From positions 32,364,001-32,428,000 of the forward strand of contig OX597817.1 of NCBI GenBank assembly GCA_951406725.2: a DNA stretch of 64,000 nt. Direction: 5' to 3'. Under the pieces are notes generated by a model. It was not told where the DNA came from. It was given only the letters and a program-made list of their open reading frames with translations, and made no database searches. How positions within the stretch are numbered: the stretch's first letter is position 1; each line of letters begins with the position of its first letter. The position numbers and the translations under genes were made by a program. Shown here in pieces: positions 11,870-23,227 of the stretch. Origin of the DNA: Octopus vulgaris. Its lineage: Eukaryota.

Positions 11870-12560
11870 TCTCTTTACTTGTTTCAGTCATTTGACTGTG
11901 GCCATGCTGGAGCACTGCCTTTAGTCGAACACATCGACCCCAATACTTATTCTTTGTAAGCCTAGTACTTATTCTATTGGTCTCTTTTGCCGAACCGCTA
12001 AGTTACGGGGATGTAAACACACCAGCATTGGTTGTCAAGCAATGTTGGGGCGACAAATACAGACACACAAACACACACACATATATACATATAACAAAAT
12101 AAGAAAATGGAGGAATAGATTCCTTTCAATCATCAACTTACAGATAATACCAATTCTCTGTTGGATTTGGATGTTCCTATTTAATTAGTTAGTAAATTAT
12201 ATGAATTGGTATTATCTGTAAGTTGATGATTGAAAGGAATCTATTCCTCCATTTTCTTATTTTGTATTATGAATTTAAGGTAAAACTTTTTACCTTTGCT
12301 CATATAATACAATAAATGAACTAATTGCATTGCAATTGTAAGCATTTATGTATTAATTTTACAGGGTGCTTTACTGGCAGTATATTGGATAAATGATATC
12401 CTATAGTGGGTTACACTCATAACCCCTATCTCACTTTGTATATATACATATATACGACGGGCTTCTTTCAGTTTCCGTCTACCAAATCTACTCACAAGGC
12501 TTTGGTCAGTTCGAGGCTATAGTAGAAGACACTTGCCCAAGGTGCCACACAGCCACTCCT
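11870..12560 (-). mobile_element. Family-1 SINE with a foreign insert (about 12094-12440) in its microsatellite
   Basis: Tail half at 11870-12093 and head half at 12440-12560. Confidence 0.85.
12094..12265. repeat. Perfect 63-bp inverted repeat with 46-bp spacer
   Basis: 12094-12156 (acaaaataagaaaatggagg...taccaattc) is the exact reverse complement of 12203-12265. Confidence 0.95.
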
Positions 12561-13161
12561 GGACCTATGTATCTTGATCAGGGAAATAAATTTCTGTTGC
12601 AAAAACACAAAAAACACAAGCAACTGGATTTTTAGTGTTTTCACTTACTTACTTTACTTCAACCCTTTGCATAGAAGGCCATTGATGACTTTTCTTAAGT
12701 TCTCAACTCTAGGCTGTCTTTCCTTCTTCCCTCAGGTCTTGTTGATTTTAGACTGTTCTCAAAGCTTCTGTAACTTTCCTTTTATTCTGGCTAGGGGTGT
12801 TGACCCAACACAAATTTTCATTTATCTGCTATTTAATTGCTGCCAACCAATCAGCAAGTAATTATCTATTTATTGTCTGATGTTCTTAATTTGTAGCAAG
12901 TTCATTCCATTTATTTGTCTGTCAGTTTTGGAATACATTTCAGAGGTCACCAGCTGTGATAATTTAAAGAGAATTAATGGAAGTACCAATTAGTAGCAAA
13001 TGGTGCTGATGAAAGGTACCTAGTCTTGGAACATGTTGTGTTACTACACTAGATACTTTAAAGCAGGTATAAGCAACATTTTTGGAGAAGCAGGCTGCAT
13101 GAGACATAGCTCATCAACAGGTAGGCAACGTTGCTAAAAGATTTAAGGGAATTTTTCATTA

Positions 13162-13520
13162 AGCGTAGGAGTGGCTGTGTGGTAAGTAGCTTACTTATAA
13201 ACCACATGGTTCCAGGTTCAGTCCCACAGCATGGCACCTTGAGCAAGTGTTTTCTACTATAGCCTCAGGCTGACCAAAGGGTTGTGAGTGGATTTGGTAG
13301 ACGAAATCTGAAAGAAGCCCATCGCATATATGTATATGTACTGACAACCAATGCTGGTGTGTTTACATCCCTGTAACTTAGCGGTTCAGCAAAAGAGAGC
13401 CAATAGAATAAGTACTAGGCTTACAAAGAATAAGTACTGGGGTCGATTTGCTCAACTAAACGCAGTGCTCCAGCATGGCCACAGTTAAATGACTGAAACA
13501 AGTAAACAAGTAAAAGAGAA
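13162..13520 (+). mobile_element. Family-1 SINE
   Basis: Matches consensus, with a small internal deletion. Confidence 0.88.
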
Positions 13521-15856
13521 AGAGTAATGAGTAGGTATGCCATTCAGAAAGTTTCACAGTTCTCAGGCTACCCAAGACTGCTTTAAAATTTATGTCTCTC
13601 ATAAATAAAGTGAACTTGCCTCCCCAGGTTTCAAAAACAAAACCCAAAGTGCAAACTGAAGGAGAAAAGATATAACAAAATTATTTCTTTTAGAGAGTAC
13701 TAATCGATTTCATAATTATACAAGATAATGAATAAGACTGCATGATATTCATGTCCTGTCCAAAGGCACAAGCAATGTATGTGAATACAACTAGGATCAA
13801 ATACAGTTCATGAGAGATTAACAAAAGCTGACAAAAGCAATGATACATTTATGAATTCAAATCAACAATAGTAAAATAGTAACAGATTCTCATCACCAAT
13901 TATTTTCAAGTATTTGGTATACAGACATCAACAGCAGAATCATTCGTAGATATCAGTTCTATTATAATGAGTTAATACATTATTATTGAATCAAAGTCTA
14001 AATACTAGGTATGGTTGTGCACTTAAGAAATTTGTTACATTTTGCCAGACTCGTCTGGTACCTGTGCCGGTGGCACGTAAAAAGCACCCACTACACTCAT
14101 GGAGTGGTTGGCGTTAGGAAGGGCATCCAGCCATAGAAACATTGCCAGATCAAACTGGGCCTGGTGCAGCCTTCTGGCTTCCCAGACCCCAGTTGAACCG
14201 TCCAACCCATGCTAGCATGGAAAGCGGACGCTAAACAATGATGAATCACTTGATTACAGATTTGATACTCTTGCATGGCACCTTGGGCAGATGTTTTCCA
14301 CCATAGCCTTGTGCTAACCAATATTTTATGAGGGGAATTTGATAATGAAATGTGTGTGTGCATATATCTGTCCTATACATCTGTGCAAACATCTAATCAC
14401 AAGCTACTGGTCAACCAAGGCTACAGTGGAAGACACTAATTTGTATGTGTGCATGTGTGTGTATTTCATCATCATCATCATCATCATCGTTTAACGTCCG
14501 TTTTCCGCGCTAGCACGGGTTGGACGGTTTCGACCGGGGTCTGGGGAGCTCGGGACTGCCCCAGGCTCCAGTCTAGTCTGGCAGTGTTTCTACAGCTGGA
14601 TGCCCTTCCTAACGCCAACCACTCCGCGAGTGTAGTGGGTGTTTTTTACGTGCCACCTGCACAGGTGCCAGAGGGGTCTGGCATCGGCCACGTTCGGATG
14701 GTGCTTTTATGTGGGGGGGGGGGCAGAAATATATAGGGGAGCACCAGTGGGGAGGGGTGGTTCAGAGAAATGATGACAGGTTCTAGGCAAGTAGAACGTA
14801 GGATATCAAGAGAGGGGTAATGCATGGTGAAATAGCGTATTGAAGAGGGGGTTCGAAGAGTAGACACCTATAATGGTGGTGGGAGAAGCGACATCCGGTA
14901 TAGATGGAGCAAAAATATAGAGATATCCGGTATTGGTGGTGGGGGTGGGCAAGGGCGGGTGCACCGGGAATATACGAAGGTTGAACTGACGGGCTGGCTT
15001 AGAAATGCTCTTAGCAATGGAAGGGAGGGAATGGCAGACAACGTGAGAAAGGGAGAGAGAGAGATAGATAGAGAAGAACAGTAGAACCCCGCGAAAATGG
15101 GCCGCCATTGAAAAAAACCCCTATATATATATGATTTATGCATCCTTTTCAAGCCTAGCCAGGCTCATGGGCCTGGTTTCCCACTTCTATGGTATATGTG
15201 TTCCCCCCAGCTGGATGGAATGCCAGTCCATCACAGCGTTACTCAAGAAACAGGAAGAAAGAGAGAAAGTTGGCTCGTGGAACTTTAGGTATTTTCACTC
15301 AATAAACACACGCAACGCTATATATATATAGCTTTCATTAATGAACATCAGCAAAAGATATAAACAGCATTATAAAAATTAATATGCTTTTGAACTGAAA
15401 TCCATGTTGGTATCTGTTCAGGAAAAAATGCATAGACAGTCTCTTGTCTCGCCTGCCTTCATGAATGCGGCACATCAATACAAACTTGTAACCGTTTTGA
15501 AAACAACTCTGAAACAGATTATGTATCATATTTTCATTGTAATGGCTGTACTCAAAAGAAGGAGCTAAATTTTGAACTCCTGCTTTACTGATTAGTAAAG
15601 CAGACGTGCAGCATGTTACCTTCACAACTGAAATACTTTTGAAAACCTAACAAAATTAAGTGAAATAATAATTTAAAAAGTAAAACAATATATGCTTTCA
15701 ATATTTTATAATATAGATGGTGGATTAGCAGAGCTGATAGAGCATCATATCAAATATCTTACTGTATTTACATTCCGAGTTCAAATTCCACCAAAGTTTA
15801 GCTTGGCCTGTCATCCACCATCTTTACAACAACTTTAGCCACTCTTTGAATTCAAT

Positions 15857-16090
15857 ACCTATTTCTTTACTACCCACAAGGGGCTAAACACAGGGGAGAC
15901 AAACAAGGACAGACAGACGGATTCAGTCGATTATATCAACCCCAGTGTGTAATTGGTACTTAATTTATCAACCCCAAAAGGATGAAAGGCAAAGTCGACC
16001 TTGGCGGAATTTGAACTCAGAACGTAATGGCAGGCGAAATATGGCTACGCATTTCGACCGGTGTGCTAACGTTTCTGCTAGCTCGCCGCC
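15857..16090 (-). mobile_element. Family-2 tRNA-derived SINE, full length; other copies about 24787-24990 (-), 40090-40620 (+, tandem cluster), 51215-51355 (-), 53683-53902 (-), 54075-54210 (-), 20910-21160 (+)
   Basis: ggcggcgagctagcagaaacgttagcac..ctgagttcaaattccgcc.aggtcgactttgcctttcatcc...agccccttgtgggtagtaaagaaata. The central gcctttcatcctt..ggggtcgataaa..agtacc motif resembles the MetaSINE central domain (from memory). Confidence 0.85.
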
Positions 16091-18322
16091 TTATTTGAAT
16101 TCAATACCTCTACCACTAATAAACATACTTATAAAAATCAAAAATATGTGCAGTGTCAATGACATTTGGGAATGCTTTTTTCATGCTCAAAATTGTTGAA
16201 GTATAGAATAAACCACTCACATCAGTTGTTAGCTGTCAGAGCACTGGATCCTTCAAAAATTTCCAAGTTTCTCAAAATTCACCAACACCCCTTTTGATGT
16301 TCCTATGCACACTTTCCTCTTTATGATTCTTTTAATGTTCACTTTTCTGTCTTTTCATGTTTTATTCTGTGTACTATGCATTGCTGTCTTTCTTTACTTG
16401 ACTGTCTGCTTTCTGTCTCTTATCTTAACCTTTTGTGACATGTTGTAGTGCGCTTGAGCACCGTATACTACAAGCTCATTACTAGGATTATCCTTCTGGA
16501 GTCAATTAAATATCAGTCAAATACTGAGGTCAATTTAATATCGACTCCAAGCTGCCACTCACTTGGGACCAGGCAACATTCCCAGCACCCCTCTCCCCAC
16601 TCACCACCACAAACATCGACCACTTTCTGCAGCAAATTCAAAATAATTATTTCACAAATACAGCTTAGCCAAAATAACCCATTATTTTGGTGTTTTTTTA
16701 CATCCATTGACCCCTTTTTGGCCACTCCATTATCACCCCACTTTTTTCAATGCCCTCCTGAATCTTTCCACTGCCTACCTTGGGAACCACTGCTTTAGCA
16801 TTTAAACTAGCCATATCCAGCATAAATATTCTACTTGTTTTATGTTGAAACAGACCAGATCCAGCCTCTCATACCCACCCTACAATGTCACTCTAAAAGT
16901 AAAACACAGAAATCTCAAAGCTACAAGATAATGCATGATTAATTCAAAACAATGTAAATGAATAAGCATAACATTTGACAGAGTAATCTGAATACTGAAT
17001 AGTTGCACCTAGAACCATTTTTGCAAAATGAATTTCTTAGGCATACCACCATGCCTCGACTTATTTCAGTACTCTCTGTATCAGGATACATATAAAAGTA
17101 CACTTAATATAACTGATCTTTCTTGTATCTTTAACTTGTTTTAGTCATTGGACTGCATGGACACTTCATTGAAGTTTTAATAATGGAAGGCAAAGGTTTA
17201 CGATATCAGAGGAATATTGTCTCCTTCCATCATCCTTTTTTTTTTCTTTATGTAGTTCAGGCTTCCGGCAGGCGAAGAGAAAAGACTTCAAGTATAAATG
17301 CTATTTACAACTGATTTATTTACAGGAAAGGTGAAGTGTGCTGCTCTCAGCTACCATCTTAAGCTCCGATAGTGCAGGTGCAAATTTCCTCCAGCCAGTG
17401 GTGTGTTCAGCAAGCGCTGCTGTGAGGTTGATGAACTCGATTGCAGTACATATTCTGTCTCTTTTGCCAAACTGCTAGGTTACAGGGACATAAACAAACC
17501 AACACTGTTTATTAAGTAATGTTGGGGAACAAACAAAGACACACACACACACGCATACATATGACAGGTTTTCACAGTTTCAGACAACCAAATTTACTTG
17601 CCAAGCATTAGTTGGCCCAGGGCCATAGTAGAAAACATTTGTCCAAGGTGCCATGCAGTGGGATTGTATCCAAAACCAGGCAGTTGCAAAACTAGCTTCT
17701 TAACCACATAGCCATACCTGGACCTATCTTGTAGATGATTCTGCCAGATATTTTTTCACATTTAATTAAAAAAAACACCCACAAAAATAAATCAGTGTAA
17801 CCTGAAATACTCAGCAATTAAACTACATTGTTGGGTAAATAATTTATTCACATAAATTATGAAATTGAAATTTCAGTAATATATGAAAATTATCAGTAGT
17901 TGCTAACTCAGCAATACTTTAATCGTTTTTGTTTTGCCTCTTTTTTTTTTTTCTAATATTGATAATATTAAAACCAATAAACAGTTTTATTTTATTTCGG
18001 TTTAATGTAGGAACAAAATTTCGTGGGGGGAAAACAAAGTCTGCTCAACACCAGGTTGGCATCAAAATATTAATAAAATCTCGAAAAAAATTTATTGTTT
18101 CCTCAGTATCAATTTGGCATTGATATGTATGTAAAATATATGTAAATTTAACTATTTAATTGCCATTAAGTTGGCGAAAATAATCAATAATATTAAGAAA
18201 TCAGAAGTCTAGTGTATCGAATTTTGTATGGTAATTATGATAATGAATGAAGAAAAAAAAAAAACTTCAATAGTCTTTTGTTCAAATTTGATGTGATGAT
18301 TTTATGTTGAAAACAAATGTGT

Positions 18323-18370
18323 CTATTTATTTCCGATTTTCTTTAATAACGACGCAGCCTCCTCATGGGC
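18323..18370 (-). CDS. RMDN1: RMDN1 last coding exon (AHEEAASLLKKIGNK*)
   Basis: Acceptor ttctttgtttcag|GCC, TAG at 18323-18325. Resembles the RMDN1 C-terminal helix (EAAQLL). AATAAA candidates follow on the minus strand at about 18091-18096 and 17986-17996. Confidence 0.9.
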   Translation of the reverse strand, partial: AHEEAASLLKKIGNK

Positions 18371-21300
18371 CTGAAACAAAGAAGAAATATATCTATTATT
18401 CTCATATTTCAATTATAATTGATAGAAAGGTTTATCGGTTACACCAAAGTTATTTATCTAGGTAGCTCTTATTTATTTCATAATCAGAGGTTAGCTCTTT
18501 ATATTTCGGTCACTCTCTATAGCTGAGCTCTAATTTACTGCATCCATCTCTGTACCAAGCTTTCTGTCATTATAGTACCATTTAATTTATATATCTCTTA
18601 CTTCGTAAAATATATCCATAATTTGTTGGGACGAGACTCGAGTATCATTCAAACGATCCCCCTAGAGTTGTTTCCCTTTGGTTTTCGATATTGCAAGCCA
18701 ACAAATCTAGATTGTTCGAGTTAGAGGGCTTCTCTCAACTTATAACATTGCCCCTTATCTACTTGACCAACTGCAAATGTTCTAACCTAGTACTAACTCT
18801 TATTCTAGTGAACTTGAGCACTATGGGCAATAAACTCATTATTGTTATTAGTCACATATTTATAACTTTTCCCCTGTAATTATTTGAATATATCCATTGT
18901 TCCTAAATTGACAAAGCTTTTCATTTTTGTAATGTCATAGAAGAGGCAATGTCCATGACCTTTTTAAACCCTCTGAGGCTGATACTTAGTTTTAACATCT
19001 GTAAGTCGATGTCTGTTGGTAAAACATAAACACATATGAAATTCTAAACTAACAGCATCTCTAAGAGAGAGAGAATTTTGCAAGGGGAGATTCAGTGGGA
19101 ATAAAGAGAAGTGAGCATATCCAGCCAGCCACTGATAGACGGATAAGCAGCAAGCCAGATCAGAGAAACAAGGCTAGTACAGTAGTAATAGAAGAGACGA
19201 AGAAATAACATCATGTCTGTGAATCAGTAGTTATAGTGAGTCTTTGTCAATCAACTAAATTATCTTCTTTTAAATGTAGATTTTGGAGTTTATGTATGTA
19301 TTGTGTGTATATTTGGATGTTTGTGTGCATCCAGGCTCCACATCTCTGAACTAGCTGTCTATCCCTCTATCAAGATAAACTGGACACAACTGTCTCTTTT
19401 CTTCTCTACTACAAAATCCTGTATTGAATATTTTGCCTATCCTGTCTCATCCAGAGCTGCTGTCAACTGAAATTCCCTCCTCATTCATGTTCTTCTAACA
19501 GACATCAACTGACATTTTTAAACTAAACATACAACTCCATTCTCTCATCAGCCTTGGAAAGCTTACAAAAAGGTCACAGGCATTGTTTCTCCTATGACTA
19601 ACCAATAAAATGCAAATCATAAGACAGCTTTACGAATTTAAGAATAATGGAAATGTGAAAATAATTACAAGGATAATTTATAAATGTGAGTAAAAGAACT
19701 AAATCAGTTGCAACCAGTCAAGTAAATAATGTGCGAAGTTGTACCTTTGAGAGAGGCACTTATACATTTATGGATGTAGATGTACTGATCTCAGGAGGTT
19801 GAAACAGAAACAACTCCAGTGTGGGTTTTACATGAGTTTTGCAAAGCATCAACAGCAAATCATGGGATCTAAAAGGGAAACCTCTCCTTTCAGATGCAGT
19901 TTTTGGCTCAAATTGGAAATGTAGTCCTATATCTACAAAAAGATGGGATAGTCATAGATGGAGAGCCTTTGATCAGAGACCAGCTTGATCAGTACTGAAC
20001 TGGGACTAAACATCAACAACAACTTATATTTGCAAATAAACAATCATGGTTTCAAATAAACAAATGAAAAATGCAGAGTCGTCACCTTTTTGTCATCAAC
20101 AGTTCGTATTGCATAGCTTGAAACTTTATTAAGATATTTACGAGCATCATCATTTTCATTTAGGCGCACCAATGTTTTGCCAAGCATAGCTAAATTCATA
20201 CTGTAAAAATTAGGATCAACTGCAAAAAAAAAAAAGAGAAAATGTATAGTAGTCTAAAAATCCATGAGTCAGAAAAACAAACAATACAATATTATCTTTT
20301 CATATTAACCACTCTACCAATTGGTTTCACACCAGGAGTTGAGATAATCTTGGCAACCATCAGAAAAGGACGAAAGGAATAATTTGGCATGGGTCTTTTC
20401 CACTGGAGATCTGAAAATGTCATATCTGGTCTGTGGGTCTTACAGATGTAAAACAAAAACGGATTTTTTTATTTATAATATGGGTTGCAGCTTTCAGCTC
20501 AAGATATTCAAAAGCAGGTTCAGTTAGTTATTTGTCCTGAAAAGGTTTGCTTACTGCCATGTTTTAAATTGCAGCTAAGCCCAAATATTTTCTAAAATTT
20601 GGGGGATAAAAGAACTTAACAAGAAAAATATGTTTAGAGCTTATCTCTCATTTTTCTTTAGTTTAACCCTTTAGCATTTAAACCGTCCATACCTGGCCCA
20701 AATATTCTATCTATCTTATGTTCAAACTGGTCATATCTGACTTCTCACACCCAACCTACAATGTCATTCTAAAAATGAACAATCACATCATCGAAATCTC
20801 AAAGCTACACGATAATACGTAATTAATTCAAAACAATGTGAATAAATATTACTTTAGACAAAGTTATCTGAATGCTAAAGGGTTAAGCTATCATTAAATA
20901 GAACTGTGAAGTGGGAAACTGACAGAATCATGAGAGCGTCAAACAAAATACCTTGTGGTATTTGTAACAGCTGTTCATATTCTGAGTTCAAACCCTGCTG
21001 TGGTCAGTGTTGCAACTCTTCGTGTTCTGAGCTCAAACCTTGCCGAGGTCAGTATCACCTTTCATCTTTCCAGGGTAAGTAAAACAAAACGCCAGTCAAA
21101 TGCTGAGGTCAATGACATTGTTTAACCTTCTCCCTTCAAAGATTGCTGACCTTGTACCTATACCAGACAACAACAATTCAAAATTGTGAAACTATGACAA
21201 GTACTATGAGGTACAGTGTCTGATGAGGTACAATGTCTGATGTTAAATTGCTGAATTAAAGCTAATGGATCATTATTGTCCCACTTTTCCTGGCAGAAAA

Positions 21301-23196
21301 CAGGTTTCATTTTTAATTCATGGCAGAGTAGTGAGAAAAGGTATTTAAGCATCAAATCAATTGCTTTCTAACAAAAAAAAAAAATGTATACATTGGAGGT
21401 GGTGACACCTTAACAATTCTGCCAAACCACTGTCCTAAAATGTGGAGGCACATGGCCTAGTGGTTAGAGCAGCGGACTCATGGTCGAGGGATTGTGGGTT
21501 CGAATCTCAGACCAGGTGATGTGTGTGTTTATGAGTGAAACACCTAAGCTCCACGCAGCTCCAGCAGAAGGTAATGGCAAACTTCTACTGACTCTTTTGG
21601 CACAACTTTCTCTCACTCTTTCCTCCTGCATCTAGCAGGAGACGGTCTGGTATCCCATCCAAGTGGGGAACCTAAACGCCAATGAAACCAGGAAACCAGC
21701 CTTTATGGCCCAGGCATGGCTCGAAAAGGAACAAACAGCAACAACAACAACAACTGTCCTAAATAATAACAATCCTTTCTACTATAGACACAAGATCTGA
21801 AATTTTACTGAGAGGGGACTAATCAATTACATCAACCCCAGTTTCATTGATCCCCAAAAGGACGAAAGGCAAAATTGAACTCAGAACATACAAATGAAAT
21901 GCTACTAAGCATTTTGTCCGGCATGCTAATGATTCTGCCAGCTTGCTGCCTTCCACTGTCCTAAATAATAATACTAATAATAATCCTTTCTACTATAGAC
22001 ACAAAATGTGAAATTTTACTGAGAGGGGAATAGTTGATTACATCAACCCTAGTGCACAACTGGTACTTATTTTATCAACCCCCAAAAAATGAAAAGACAA
22101 AAATCAACCTCAGCAGAATTTGAACTCAGGATGCTGCTAAGCATTTCGTCTGGTATGTTAATGATTCTGCCAGCTCAACACTTTATAAAAATAATAATAA
22201 TTGTTTAGGCATTGGACCAGCAAATTTAAGGAGAGGGAGTTAGTTGATACCACTGGCTCCAGTAATGGGTCAGTATTTTATTTTATCAACCTTGGAGGGA
22301 TAAAAAACAAAATTAACCTTGAAAGGATTTGAACTCAGAGCATAAAGGATCATAGCCAGATATTACAAGACATTTTGCCTGACATTCTAATGATTATTCC
22401 TATCTGATGCCCTTATTTTTTCTTCTAATATATAACTTGCGGTAAGGCACGGCTAAGAATGAAATAACTGACACTCAGTTGGTTATGACAACGAAAGTTC
22501 CAGTTGATACAATCAATGGAGAGCCTACTTATGAAATTAATGTGGAAGTGGCTGAGCACTCCACAGACACACATACCCTTAACCCTTTCGTTACTGTATT
22601 TATTTTGAGATTCTCCGTGTTTCTTTCAGTTACTTTAAATATAACAAAGAATTTAGTAAAATAACTTAGTTATCATTCAGCTAGAGTTAGGAACATAAAT
22701 TATGACTAAGGTTTGGTGGAAGATATTAATACAAAAGTTATGAAAACAAGACATTTGTACTCAGAGCCAGAGTCAGTTTCAGCCGGGTTGGTAACAAAAG
22801 GGTTAACGTAGTTCTCAGGGAAATTCAACATGACACAGAATGTGACAAGGCTGGCCCTTTGAAATACAGGTACTACTCATTTTTGCTCATGAAACCCTTG
22901 GAATATTCCTATGCAGCCCTTAACCTCTTAAATGTCAAAGCTCATGCATGTTTTGAGAGTCATTAGCATTACAATTGAAACAGTTACGAATCACAGTCAA
23001 CATACTACAATACCAATGAATCAACTACATATAGGCGCAGGAGTGGCTGTGTGGTAAGTAGCTTGCTAACCAACCACATGGTTCCGGGTTCAGTCCCACT
23101 GCATGGCATCTTGGGCAAGTGTCTTCTGCTATAGCCCCGGACCGACCAATGCCTTGTGAGTGGATTTAGTAGACGGAAACTGAAAGAAGCCCGTCG

Positions 23197-23227
<31 letters not shown>

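Noticed and set aside
13006-13040. CTGATGA-AAG..CTT-GGAAC hammerhead-like string
   Set aside because: The GAAA box is mutated and stem I cannot form; too degenerate to call.
17251-17450. Possible solo LTR (TGTA...TACA with internal minus-strand AATAAA) inside an old SINE
   Set aside because: No target-site duplication and no second copy in the window.
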